DNA of 63,934 bases, the filler included, from Octopus bimaculoides (lineage: Eukaryota): assembly GCF_001194135.2 (NCBI RefSeq). It is 5 parts of 4 records of this genome, joined end to end, with 100 filler letters (N's around TTAATTAATTAA, not from the genome) between each part and the next. Parts side by side here need not be neighbours in the genome. Positions count along the whole stretch, not along the records: positions 28,402 to 59,543 come from NC_068987.1; 4 more parts are not named here. One strand, given 5' to 3'. This document shows, in pieces, positions 34,601 through 48,039 of this stretch; positions within the stretch are counted from its first letter, which is position 1; every line of letters begins with the position of its first letter. The notes beneath the pieces are model-generated. The model had not been told where the DNA came from, searched no databases, and saw only the letters and a list, made by a program, of their open reading frames with translations. The position numbers were made by a program, and so were the translations under genes.

Positions 34601-35409
34601 TCTATTTCTCGTAACACTCTATATACTGAATACTTTGCCTATTATAAAGACATTATCTTCACATGAGATTTCAGTCCTCATGTTTTTGGTGTTGTTGTTC
34701 TTCTTCTTCTTCTTGTTATTATTGCTGCTTAGCCCCACAGTCAGTCTTGTTCAAATATTTTTCTATCCATTTTAACTGCACGTCAAGGACTACGTTATCG
34801 AAAATTTATTTTTTAAGGAGGTAGAGAACTATTTCAGGGTGATTTGACTTATCTGTCTAGCATATCGAGCAACCCTTCAAGAGGTTCACTCGCTGACTCT
34901 ATTTTTTGAAATGTTTCACTGATTTGTCCATGACTGTGTAGAAAACAAAGACACAGGATGTGAAATCACGCTGGCTTCAATCGTCCAACACCTTATTCAC
35001 ATTTGCCATTATCAACCCTCTGTAAATTTAATGGTAGTCTATTGCCACGAACATTATGTTCTGGCTGTTGGTTTAATCCCACAATATGCCATCTTTTGCT
35101 ATTATTAATGTCTGCCTAATGGAACACTATCGGTAGATTTCCCATAGGGAAAAGCTCTTCTGTTTTGTCTAGTTTTTCTTCTTTTACTTGCTTTTTGTTC
35201 TCGTGTCGATACAGTGTCAAGCTGAAACAGAACTCTTGTCACATCAGCAGAATCACCATAGACAGCCTTTCCGAATTGTATCAATAATTTAACAAAAGTC
35301 AACTATCTAACTGACATGTCTCAGTGGTAATGACGCTAAGTGGACTGGTAACTGGAAAACGAGATTTTTGTTGATTACATTTATATAGTTATTTATGTAT
35401 TTATTTATT

Positions 35410-35680
35410 TATCGGCAAATCGATAGTTTGACGTCCAGTGTCACCTTCCGGACATTCACGTTTTAGCATTTTCTTCCATTTTGATTATTTAACCATGCTT
35501 ATATACCGTCGGGATCTTTGCCGCCGAAATTGGCAGTTCACTACCAAACATCCGTGCGACAACTTGCCATTTGCTAAGCCTATTTAAAACATCGGGTTTA
35601 GTCAAACGAACTCTGTTAAAAGCTCTATGGAACTTTTCATCATTTAGCCTCAGTTTTCGTGAAATAATGGCGACAATAAA
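35410..35680. promoter_or_regulatory. Possible promoter (local CpG enrichment, ETS and YY1-like motifs)
   Basis: Roughly 14 CpG in ~210 bp, CTTCCGG at 35445-35451, aataATGGCG at 35663-35672; not part of a recognised repeat. Confidence 0.25.
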
Positions 35681-35804
35681 CAGGAAAAAACATTTTCATA
35701 CAGTTTCCAACATGCAATACACACACACAAGAAGCAAAGTACTAAAAGAGATGCATTCAAGAATAAATATATAATAATAATAATAATGATAATAATAATA
35801 ATAA

Positions 35805-36560
35805 TCCTTCCTACAAAAGGCACAAGGCCTTAAATTGTTTTGGGGGGCGGGGATTAGAACATCCAAAAGGATGAAAAGCAAAGTCGACCACCTCGGAATT
35901 AGAACACAAAACGTAGCGACGGGTGAAATACCGCTAAGCATTTCGCCCGGTTTGCTAATGATTCCGCCAGGCTGCGTTAATAATAATAATGAGAAGAAGA
36001 AGAAGAAGAAGAAGAAGAAGAAGAAGAAGAAGAAGAAGAAGAAGAAGAAGAAGAAGAAGAAGAAGAAGAAGAAGAAGAAGAAGAAGAAGAAGAAGAAGAA
36101 GAAGAAGAAGAAGAAGAAGAATGGTTTCAAATTTCGGCACAGGACCAGCAGTTTTGTTGGAGGGGTCTCACCGATTAATTCGACTGCAGGGCTCAACTGG
36201 TACTTATTTTGTTGAGCCCCGAAACGATAAAAGACAAAGTCAGACTTCTTGGAATTCGAAGTCAGAATTAAAGACAGTCGAACTGATATCTAGCATTTGT
36301 TTGGCGTGCTAACGATTTCTGCCAGCCCCTTCCCTTAATAATAATAATAATCCATTTTGCTATAGGCGCAAGGCCTGAAATTTGGGGGAGGAGCTGGTTG
36401 ATTAGATCGCCCCCAGTTTTCACACGTACTGATTTTATCGACACGAATGGATGAAAGGAAAAGTTGACCTCGGCGGAATTTGAACTCAGAACGTATAGAC
36501 AGACGAAATATCGCTAAGCACTTCGCCCGGCTTGCTAACGATTCTGCTAGCTCGCCGTCT
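35805..36560 (-). mobile_element. Three tandem SINE family B copies separated by (TAA)n and (AAG)n tracts
   Basis: Copies at ~35805-35980, 36120-36335 and 36350-36560; (AAG)n at 35991-36121. Confidence 0.85.
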
Positions 36561-36589
36561 TCGTAATACTAATACTAATAATAATAATG

Positions 36590-36654
<65 letters not shown>

Positions 36655-36940
36655 TAATTCGTTTTATTGGCCACAAGGGCTAATATCAATTAAAAACATA
36701 AGGACAAAGACAGGACGAAGGTTACAAAAGGTTTTGTCCGAAAAGGTAGGAAAGTTCGTCTAAACAGAGGAAGAAAACGGAGAAAAGATATAATAAATAA
36801 ATAGATAAATAAATAGATAAATAAATAAGTAGAACTCCCAAAGGGGGAGGTGCTTCGAAAAAGGAAAGGTTACACGTGGAAAAACCCATAAAACCATGGG
36901 AGCCTGGTCAGAAAAAATAAGAAAGGGGTATAGAGCCCTT
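36655..36940 (-). mobile_element. 3' end of an L1/Tx1-type LINE with (TTA)n tail
   Basis: Reverse complement ends tagcccttgtggccaataaaacgaatt(att)n; resembles the 3' end at 37215. Confidence 0.55.
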
Positions 36941-36944
36941 TCAA

Positions 36945-37170
36945 ATTTTGATTCAAACCCAGAAGTTTTAGGGGAAGGTAAGTCGTTTACATCGACCTCA
37001 GTGTTCAGTTGATACTTCCACCCCAGTGTTCAACTGATACTTATTCTATCGACACCGAAAGAATTAAAGGCAAAGTCGACTACAGCCCCACTTGAGCTCA
37101 GAACGTAAAGACGGACAAATGTCACAAAGCATTTTGTCCGGCGTGATAAAGAATCTGTCAGCCCGCCGCT

Positions 37171-37172
<2 letters not shown>
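36945..37172 (-). mobile_element. SINE family B
   Basis: Shared family B motifs. Confidence 0.8.
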
Positions 37173-37214
<42 letters not shown>

Positions 37215-37217
<3 letters not shown>

Positions 37218-40200
37218 TTCATTTATTTGCCACCAGGGTGAAGGATGAGGGGACAATACTAAACAGACATAAAGTGTGGGGATTTACATATAACAAAATG
37301 ATAAAATAAATAGATAAATGAAAAAGTAACTATACACGGTATACAGTGAAAAGGAAGGGAAACATACTTAGTATACAAATGTTAACGAAAAAGGTCGGGG
37401 TGATAGAGATGCAGTTCTCCAGATATAGGATGACCTCTTGGTATGATCGAGGAATTCCACTCTCCAAGTTCTGCCTGAACACAAAGGACAAGTGCCCTCT
37501 CCAATTCTCTTCCTCCGACTCACAGGTGTTCACTTAGAGAGGTACCATCCACTCTTGCCATTTTCGCAACTTTGACCTACCTTTCAATAAACTGACTCGA
37601 AGACAGCATCACTCCACCATCCTCACTTTCCTTTTCAAGTGAAACTTGAAGAAATCAGTGAGAGCTCTACCAAAGAGGAATGTATGTGTGCTCATGCCTT
37701 TCTGCCTCGTCCTCCAGACAACCACTTTTGCTAGAGCCACAAGGCAAAATAAAGCTGCCTTGCCAGTCCTATTAATGGAAGGCGGCGGCTCAATCATTAC
37801 TATAGACTCGGCCGATAGACGGATCCGTCCCACACGTGACAGAAGCTGCTCAACAATACGGAATATATGACATGTCAGCAATGCCCGTACACTGATCTAC
37901 TGCGTGCAGAAGATTTTCCTCACTCTGTGCGCACCTTGGTTAAAGTCCGCCTGACAGCACATCAGTGCCTATGGTGTTTATCTCGAAAGGTAGAGCTCCA
38001 GCCCACCGGTACCACTGCCAGGTCAAGAACATCTTGAAATTATCTATGAGAGTTCCCGACCAGAAAGTTCTTCGGAACCGACTGGCCAGTTCGTTTTCGT
38101 CGACTTCAAGAGACGCCCCGCGAACGTTGTCACACTTCCCTGCCACTAATCCTCTATAAATTGCTAAAGCAGAAAATCCATCAGTTCCATTGCCCCACTA
38201 GTAGAGGACTGTGAGCGCCTAACGTCATTCTAGGTGTCAGGTATCCAATCTTGGTCTTTTTTTTTGACCCAGGACTGCGGCTCCGTCAAGGAGACAAACT
38301 GCCAAAAGTGATGCACAAACGGAGCCCTTACCGTCCAGAAATCGTTGCAGGTGGCAGAAGCTAAGGGCGTGTCAGCGCATTATAAGCTAGAGCATACGTA
38401 ATTCGTCACTCAGAGGGTGCTGGAAGTACGCTGATCACCTGACCATTGGAACGCATCCCTTCTACAAGAAATTAAATTAGAGACGCTTCAACCTGGACAA
38501 GCAATAAGAGGGATAAGGTCTGATGGTAGAGCGATAAATAATAACGAAGGCGATGTAAGCATTCGCTACCTCTGCCCCATCTTTCAGGGATAGCTTCCTC
38601 CCGGCCTATTTCTGGGTAAGACTGGCAACCCTGTTTGTCACCTTGTCTTAATTATTATCTACCGGGAGGTCGGGACCAAAGCAGACCCGAGCAGTTTAAC
38701 TGGTCCGTCGGTCCGGTGTCCGACGACGCCGTCCGATGGCATCGATCTGCTTCTGTAGGAACACAACCACAAGCCCACCTATTTGTAAGTGTTGATTTTA
38801 GCCCCTGCAACCGACTCACAATCCCCTAGAATAGTGCCGACCGTCTCCAGTTCGGAGAGAAGGTTACAGCGTGTGATGCCCAACGGTTCCGATGTGAGCC
38901 GTTTACTTTGAACACTGAGCAGGTGCCGCAATACATTGCAGCGATCCAGCCATTGAACACATATCCGAAACCGTCTACTTTCTGGACGGCTTCCAAATAG
39001 CGATGGTGGACCCTATCGAATGTTTTCGATTGACACAAATTAATAAGCGCACCTCCGAAGCCCTCTCTATAATGTATCACTTGAGGTGGAGGTTGTCGTG
39101 GATAGACCTGCTCAGGATTGCACACATATGCGCTTCCCCAACCAAGCTACTGCGCCAATCGTTTCGTCAACAATTTGACCAAAATCTTAAACTCTGTGTT
39201 TAGCATTGTTATGTGCCAAAAATTCCCTAGTGCGTCCCCATTCTCGGCGTCCTTCCTCAGCAGTGTTACCTAACAGCACTAGTAATGCACCCGTTCTGTT
39301 GCTAGTTGTTGTAGACGTCTGCCGAGATGTCGCTAAACAAATCTGGCATGAATACGTTGAATTCATAGGCCAGACCATCCAAACGTGGTGATTTGGGACA
39401 TGTGCAATCGCTCATTGAGTCCTGAATTTCAGTGGCTGTTATCAGCTTTTCACATAACCTCGCGTAAGCTGCTGAGAGCCGCGGCAAGCCGTCCAGGTAC
39501 GAACTGAAGCACACTATCGTCATCAACCAATCGCCCTCCCCAAATAACTACGCGAAGTGCTTCTGGAATGCCGCACACATCTGCTCGGAGCCGGGTAACA
39601 CGCACCCGTCTCGATCCGTCAAATACCTGATAGTGGTTTTGTTTCCACGTCGCGTCTCTACCGTTCGGGCCCATCGGACAGTTATACTTCCTTCCTGTTT
39701 GAGCACACAGGCCTTACCTCTGACATCGTAACCTTCGTGTTTTGTTCGGAGAAATGGTCAAGGGTCATTCTTGCCACTAATACATTAGTTGTGATGCCCT
39801 TACTAATCGCTTCTTCTAATTTTCAAATTAGTTCGCTCTCTAATCTATTCCTTTCTAATGTTAACTCGTTGCGGAAAGCTATCTATTCTGCTCTGATCGT
39901 CCTCTTCAGAGCGATCCACCAATGGTTGTTGATGATTACCTCTGAAAACTAACGCTTAACCAGTTCACTAATCCGGTCCGTGTAGTCGTTGCTTGCCGGA
40001 AAGGACGCATTCCACTTCCAGTAACCGGTTACCTGTCTAGCGCGACTGTACAGATCACAACCTTGTGGCCTGTGTAGCCAATCAATTTCAGCTGTGAAAA
40101 ACCTACGTTATCTCCATCCACTGAGCTAACAAATACTCTCGATACGATCTGGATGACCCATTGTGGTTGTTCCATGTCCCGCACTGGCACAACAGGAAAG

Positions 40201-40480
40201 TCAAGTCGATACCTCTCAGACAATTACAAGGTTTCAGCAAATTTCGAGGCTTTTGCACCCACTTCCTTTATGTATTATCCCAACGCAGTCCTTCTGTGCG
40301 TCCAAAATATTATTCCAGTCCCACACAAGTATTAATGTGAGAGACGTTCCCAGGAAATCTTCAAGGCACCTGAAGAAATCTCCCATCAAATATATATATA
40401 TAAAATACTGATGATTATTGGGTGAGGAATCCACAAATTTATTAATTGCTAGGCATGTTAAGAACACAGCCATAGAAGAG
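37215..40480 (-). mobile_element. Degraded L1/Tx1-clade LINE ORF2 (APE plus RT) with 3' UTR and (TTA)n tail
   Basis: FFRCLEDFLGTSLTLILVWDWNNILD (APE), KSPRLDGLAYEF, ALINLCQSKTFDRVHHRYLEAV (RT); frameshifted. Confidence 0.85.
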
Positions 40481-40497
40481 TTGTATTATTTCATTCA

Positions 40498-40930
40498 GCA
40501 AAGGCGACGAACTGGCAGAAACGTTAGCACGCCGGGCGAAATACTTAGCGGTATTTCGTCTGCTCTTACGTTCTGAGTTCAAATTCCGCCGAGTTCGACT
40601 TTGCCTTTCATTTTTCGGGGTCGATAAATTAAGTACCAGTTACGCACTGGGGTCGAAGTAATCTACTTAATCCCTTTGTCTGTCCTTGTTTGTCCCCTGT
40701 ATGTTTAGCCCCTTTTGGGCAATAAAGAAATAAGAAACGTTAACACACCGGGCGAAATGTTTAGCGGTATTTCGTCTGTCTTTACGTTCTGAGTTCAAAT
40801 TCTGCCGAGGTTGACTTTGCCTTTCATCCTTTCGGTTTTGATAAATTAAATACCAGTTCTGGGTCGATCTAATCGACTGGCTCCCTCCTCCAAAATTTCG
40901 GGCTTTGTACCTAGAGTAGAAAAGATTATT
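40498..40930 (+). mobile_element. Two tandem SINE family B copies with different 3' tails
   Basis: 40498-40735 ends ...gccccttttgggcaataaagaaat; 40735-40930 ends ...cctagagtagaaaagattatt. Confidence 0.9.
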
Positions 40931-41779
40931 TTGTTGAGCAAGGCACAATCATATCCACCTGATATAGTCTTACAATAGATATATTTGCCAAGATCTGGTG
41001 CAGCTCTCCATCGAGATGTTATATCTTCGCTCTTATGGGATATCAATGTTAGGAGCACCCAGAAAATATGTATTTCAAGTTGGAAATATATAAAAATCTA
41101 AAATAATTAATGAAAGCGGGTATGAACTACGAAGTTATACTTGCTTGCGTGTGACGCTGTCAATAGCATGATGATAATTTTCTGTTGCGAATATATGCAA
41201 ATTATCGACTGTACATGGATAAAAATAAAGGCACTACTAGGCCACGCATGAACGAGGTCTCTACTTTATGGTCGATAGACTTGATGCGAATAGCGACCAA
41301 ATTTACTTCAGTTCACAACCTGTCCTGTTCGAACAAAAAAAATGCACTTAATATACTGCATCTGAATGAAAGACAAAATATCCAAGTAGGGAACGTCTTC
41401 GATCAGGAAAATCCTCACCCGAAAGTGACCCGTGATTTAAGAAGGGAACTAAAAGGACACGAATGAAATTCCACATGAAATAACCCAAATATCATACGCG
41501 TTGCAAAGACCTGCAATAGTTAAATTTAAAAGGGGTATGTTTTTTATTGAATTTTAATTTTATGCATAAACATTATGGAAAACAGGAAGTTGAAAGAGAT
41601 CCGCATCGCCATGAGCCAATAAACTGGAACCTGATAAAACTGATGAAAAAGCTAAATAAATGAACTTGATTTTAATATCTAATTCGGCAAACAAAACAAA
41701 AAAAAATCATTATTGGTTTCAAGAACCATTCATAACATACACACGCACATACACATGCGTATGTATGTTCGTTTGTCTA

Positions 41780-41824
<45 letters not shown>

Positions 41825-41949
41825 ATGTATGTATGTATGTATGTATGCATGTACGCATGTATGTATGTATGTACGGCTTTGACAGTTTGGATAAATGTAA
41901 AAGAAAATATATATCATTAAAAAAAAATTTCAAGTATGAACTAGATTAT

Positions 41950-42600
41950 GGCTGACAGATGACAGTTTCTTCAAAGTAGCCGCCCTCAATTTCCATCACG
42001 GCCGTGAGATGGCTCCATTATCGGGCACATACGTTTCTCACTGTGTCCCTGGAAATATCTTCGAACACCTCCTTGAGTTTGCCAACAGCTCCACCTTGTT
42101 ATTTGTTATGTCTCAAGCTACAGCGATCTAGCACCTTCGGATGATCTCTACTCGACTGCTACTCCACGGCTACCCAACTCCCTACCACGGCCAGACTAGC
42201 TTTATTTATATGTCTTGGGCGATCCTACTTCTTCGCTTGGGGGCGTCGACACAACAGTATTGTAGGCAGAACGGTTGGTATCTTTCTGAACCATGCTCCA
42301 GATAGACTAATCCATAGGGGAGATTAAGGGGACTGTAACTGGAGCTGATGAAGTCGCATAAATTCTCCGACAACCACTTCTGACTCTTTCCGAAGGTATG
42401 GCAAGGAGTAGCATTTTGCTGCCATACATATGGCCCTCTAGTAGCAACCGTCTTCCGCCAGAGATTGTCCAGTCTCCAGAAACTTCATATAGCTGTCTGA
42501 AATGAGCCTCAGGCTCTGTTCAAACATATGGAGATCAAATCCGGAGTGTAGATACAGTCAGAACGCCTGATTAATCCCTTCTCTGTTGCTCACAGCTTCG
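41950..42600 (-). mobile_element. maT/DD37D-like (Tc1/mariner superfamily) transposase C-terminal fragment
   Basis: GPYVWQQNATPCHTFGKSQKWLSENL...IWSMVQKDTNRSAYN and ELLAKLKEVFEDI...GGYFEE; interrupted by a solo LTR. Confidence 0.75.
42104..42256 (-). mobile_element. Short solo LTR (~153 bp) inside the transposase
   Basis: TGTTGTG...CATAACA termini; flanks ttatt/gtatt (5-bp TSD, one mismatch); second copy at 44687-44851. Confidence 0.7.
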
Positions 42601-42912
42601 TATTTTCTGTTTCGGCTGTTCATGTCACGTCTTACAGCCTTAATGTTCACAGAGCATTGAACAGCAGTCATAATGTCGGCATTTTAATACTCGGTGGAAT
42701 TTACATAATATACGTAATAATTTTCTAATATCCAGATGGATTCCAGTCCTCCATATCAGCTAACTTGTTCTCAATTTCAACTTCAATTGTTATGCTTTGC
42801 AACACCGTTCACTATTCACCAATACATCAAGTTGTTCCTGCAAAAAACATAAAAATCTTCGAATTTAACTCGATCACTCTGTATATATGAACATGCATTT
42901 ATATAAGTGTGT

Positions 42913-42948
<36 letters not shown>

Positions 42949-43024
42949 NNNNNNNNNNGCGTGTGTGTGTGTATGTGGGTGTGTGCGTGTGTGTGTATGT
43001 GTGTGGATATGCGTGTGTGTGGGG

Positions 43025-43190
43025 GATTATATACGTAGCTGTGTGGTAAGAAGCTTGTTTCCCAACCACATGGTTCAGGGTTTAGCCCTACTGCGTGGCA
43101 CCTTGGGGAAATGAGTTCTACTATAGCCTCGAGCCGACCAAGTGTGAGTGGATTTGGTTGGCGGAAACTGAAAGAAGCCCGTCGTATATA
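43025..43190 (+). mobile_element. SINE family A head
   Basis: gctgtgtggtaagaagcttg...gaagcccgtcg(TA)n. Confidence 0.85.
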
Positions 43191-44058
43191 TANNNNNNNN
43201 NNTTGATTGATTGATTCATAGGTAGGTAGGTGTTATGCAACATTCTAACCTCAAATTCATATACAACCCTAATAACTGTGATATACATACAAGTAAAATG
43301 TTTTCAAGTGACTCGGTTGGCTGTAAAACAAATTATATCAAACATGGAATAAGATAAACAAACAATGGAAAAATCATGAAGACATCTCTTAGTAAGACCA
43401 ATTTCTTGTTCGAATAATGACGATGAAGATATTCAGATAAAAGAGAAACGGCGAACCGTCAGAGACAGCCTCAAAGGAAACAACTCCAGAAAGAGAAAAT
43501 CGAAATTAGAGCGACTACTGCAACCAAGATCCAGGATATGTAGCTCACTCATCTTACCGGAGACAACAGAAAATTGACGCATTTCGAATCCCAAATTAAA
43601 TGATGCAAGGACAATGATAGCGAAGAAGACAAAAACAGTGGGCTAGTTGGCGAAAATATAGGGGTCACATTTGTGAGAAACTGTGCAATAGATTTCTTCT
43701 TACCCAAGCAGTCAGTTCATTACAAAGGATGATGTTGCATGTAGCACGGAGACCTGTTTTTATTTTAACTTCTTGATCCGCTGCCCACTCTAGATATTCC
43801 CGGGCAATTTCAGAAATATCCCTATTCCAGAATATGGATTAGAAGATGTTGAAATTTGTTGTCGCATTCGAAGCTAACCTCTATTTTTGGTTTTACCACT
43901 CGGCCGAGATTTGCTTTTATGCATTATATTTATATTTACTTACATACATATTTATGCATAAGTATGTAATGGTCTATGTAAATATTTAAGTGCACAGACA
44001 CACACTCACACTCCCACACACTCACATGCACTAACACACACGTACACATATATGTATG

Positions 44059-44107
<49 letters not shown>

Positions 44108-44616
44108 NNNNNNNNNNNNNNNNNNNNNNNNNNNNNNNNNNNNNNNNNNNNNNNNNNNNNNNNNNNNNNNNNNNNNNNNNNNNNNNNNNNNNNNNNNNNN
44201 NNNNNNNNNNNNNNNNNNNNNNNNNNNNNNNNNNNNNNNNNNNNNNNNNNNNNNNNNNNNNNNNNNNNNNNNNNNNNNNNNNNNNNNNNNNNNNNNNNNN
44301 NNNNNNNNNNNNNNNNNNNNNNNNNNNNNNNNNNNNNNNNNNNNNNNNNNNNNNNNNNNNNNNNNNNNNNNNNNNNNNNNNNNNNNNNNNNNNNNNNNNN
44401 NNNNNNNNNNNNNNNNNNNNNNNNNNNNNNNNNNNNNNNNNNNNNNNNNNNNNNNNNNNNNNNNNNNNNNNNNNNNNNNNNNNNNNNNNNNNNNNNNNNN
44501 NNNNNNNNNNNNNNNNNNNNNNNNNNNNNNNNNNNNNNNNNNNNNNNNNNNNNNNNNNNNNNNNNNNNNNNNNNNNNNNNNNNNNNNNNNNNNNNNNNNN
44601 NNNNNNNNNNNNNNNN

Positions 44617-44684
<68 letters not shown>

Positions 44685-44686
44685 TA

Positions 44687-44851
44687 TGTTGTGTCGACGC
44701 CTTTAGGTGAAGAAATAGGATCTCCTAAGACATATAAATAGAGGTAGTCTGGTTGTGGTAGGAGTGTTGAGTAGCAGCTGGGTAGCAGTTGTGTAGCGGT
44801 TTAGTTGAGATCATCCGAAGGTGCTAGATAGCAGTAGCTTGAGACATAACG
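44687..44851 (+). mobile_element. Short solo LTR, copy of 42104-42256, within a TA tract
   Basis: tgttgtgtcgacgcc...gatcatccgaaggtgctagat...cttgagacataac. Confidence 0.7.
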
Positions 44852-47261
44852 GTATATATATATATATAAATGTGTGTGTACAAGTGTGTGTACGTATGTG
44901 AGTGCGTGTAGGTATAAATGTGTACGCACATATATATATATATATATATGTATTTACATATATCTGTATGTATGTATGAACTGCATTCGTTTTCAGTAAT
45001 TGTGTACGTATATTATTACACAAGTAAAGATTTTTTGCAACAGCTTGCTTTAGACATACTGGACATTGTGGAAAATAAATATTATAATTGTTTCGTCATC
45101 AACCATAATTTTCTATTAATTTTCATTTGCTGATCCATTCCATTGTAAGAAATATATTTGTAAAGTAATCATATTAGAAGAGACGAAGCATATTTCAATG
45201 GTTAATACTTGAAAATGATTAATTACTTAAAATCTTAACTATTTTTTTATAATGATGACAATACAATGTGAGTAGAAACTGAAGGTCTAAAATGATTACG
45301 ATACAGTAATTGGAATTTAAACTGTTATATATTTGTCTTATCAAAATTTATTGAGAACAATAATTCAGAAACTTGCTCCCTTTCATTTGATTTGCAATGA
45401 TCAGTTATGCTTTATTAAATCAAAGAATGGACTAGTCAAATAACGAAAGAATTATAACGTGAACGAATTAATTTTGGCAATCTTTTTATGTAATTATTTT
45501 TATTAAATAATTTAAGAAAGTTGAGTTCAATTCGATATGGTGTGTATACACGTGATTCTCTTTCTGAATTTAACTTTAAATATCTTTATTCAGAAAAATT
45601 GTCCTTTGAGTTCGACGTCCGCTAAATAATATCTTAGTTCACATTTATAATATGCATCGCTAAAATCACAATACATTGATCTTTAGACATCTCAGACATT
45701 ATTCAGTGAAAACTAAACAAAGAGGTCAATACAAAAAGAGATTTAGTGATAATATTATGAAAATATTTGAAGCTGGGGAAGCTACTTTAATATACATCTT
45801 TTTCTAAAATTATGATTGGTACTTTTATATTAAGAACCGTGTTTTATAATCGAAATATTGTGAAATGATGTAGAAGTGATTGTAGGCGTCGAGATTCACT
45901 TTAATTATTAGCTTGGATGCAAAGATGAAAGATATAATTTGCACTAGAATTTGTGAAATACAGCATAGTTTCTATTTTCACATTTGCGTCTAGTGATTAT
46001 GAAATGGACGACTAAGGTTAAAATGCTAGTACCATTAAAAATGTCATCTATATCTATTAAGTAGCTATATTTGTTTTCTGTCATTTTTTAAACCAAATTA
46101 GAAGTGAAAGAAGATGCTAGGTCACCAATGGAATGAAGTTTTTACGAAATGACAATGTCACTTAACGATATGTAGTAACGAAATGTAACTAATAGGTAAC
46201 AAGTCCTAGCAACACGTTAATGTGTGGTTATTAATTCTTTGAAATAAAGTTTGCAATCATTCTGCCAATGAATATTTTGGAGTGAATTTCAAAGACGGGG
46301 GATTATTGTTGCCGTTCTTGTGGAGTTCCAGGTCAGCTTTAATCGAATTATAAGTAGCTGACAGATGACCAAACCACAAGAAAAGCACAACAGAACCACT
46401 CTCCCAGCTATAACACGATACCATCTAGTTTGCAACCACATTGTATACTCTACCATCAGCGATGAAAATTATCAGGTGATCGAAACATTCTGGACATATT
46501 TTTCCAATGTTTGTCCAATGGTTTCCTACGCACTTTGACTAACAATCATTGTTTCTCTGCACCAAGTATTGCGGATGTTCATCCTAGCACAGTGTTTCCA
46601 CTCAGGGACGTTATTGATGTAACTTATATTTGTCTGTGCAAACGTTCCTTGTACATGTCTGAGTTGAGTAAAAATGATAGTGCTTTCAAGATGGATTCAG
46701 TAGTAAACTTCCAAAATGCGGTATATGCATATGGGTGTTTAGAAGAGGCTTACTTTAGTAATAAAAGCATGAAATATCATGAGATTCCAGAGCAGAGTTG
46801 GGAACGTTCAAATGAAAGAAGACTATCATTTTGGAGAGGAAGGTGAGATAAATGTCTCCACTGCTAGAATTTACATGTTCGAAGAATTACTGCTGATTTG
46901 AAGTATTCGAACCAGAAATAATCAACGATTGAGGTACCAAATATATTTCTCCCACACAGTGTCTCTCACACAGAATAGCTGCAAGCCTTTGTTGCTAATA
47001 TTCAGTTGTGAGCGTGAAGATCAAGGAGATCGGAACGTACATTTGTACTGGTACCACAATGCAGAGCGGCTTTTTGGTAAAAAAGTGTAGCACAGGCAGA
47101 ATGATGATTAAGGACTTAAACAATGAAAACTCAACAGCGCAAGATGTGTGATTTCTGTGAGGAAAGTATGCGAGATCTAAGTTTGATTGGCTGTCAAGCG
47201 TTTGGGATGAAACAAAAGGTAGTTGCCGAGTTGGTTTAGCTTTAGTTTTGAGCATCTTGAT

Positions 47262-47400
47262 CAGTGATTCTCAACCGGGATCCATATGGCCTCTGAAGAT
47301 CCATACAGGATTTTTGGTCGTTCACGCAACAAAATAGCAAAGTGAGGATCCACAATAGTATTTTAAGGAACCCTGAAAACATTTTGCTTTAGCTGTATGT
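47262..47400 (+). mobile_element. hAT-like MITE end
   Basis: cagtgattctcaaccggg...; similar to the reverse complement of 17300-17427. Confidence 0.45.
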
Positions 47401-48039
47401 ATTGGTTTTGCATTGCAAGAAATAACTAGGTTTCTTTCTCTTACGTTTTACAGAGTTCAAAGTGCACAAGTGATTGTGTGAGAGACAAAATAGAAATTCT
47501 GAAAGAAGTTTCTATAAAACTAGTTTCTAAACATCGAATGGTCATGGGCATCCACCAGAATAAAATAGGATTCAAAGTGATCCATAGATAAACCTGTGAT
47601 CTAGAGGCATGTAGAGGATACTGATGCGTCATAAGTTCAAAGCAAACTATAGTTAGGCAAAACACACACAAACAAGCATACATACAAATATTCACTCACG
47701 TATTAGATGGTGTTTATATGTGTGTGTATGAGTTGTGTTTATATACAGGTGTATGAACAGTTGTGTTATGGACAGACATGGACGAGTGGTTAATAAGATC
47801 ATTTTACTACCATAAGATTTTAGGTTCTAATGCAGTGCGTGGCAACTTGAGCATGTACATTTACGTCGCGTTGCCATAAGCACTGTGAATGAATTTGATG
47901 GGACAGAAACTGTATAGTCAAATGTACTGCTATTTAAGACGACGTCATACTGATTAAAATTGATAGTAGGCGTGCCTTTGGAATATTCAGCCACTTTGCA
48001 AGCTAATTTAATTGGCAAGTTGTTTAAATAACCGAACAA

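Noticed and set aside
46300-47250. Coding-like composition and a 111-aa ORF
   Set aside because: No motif recognised on either strand.
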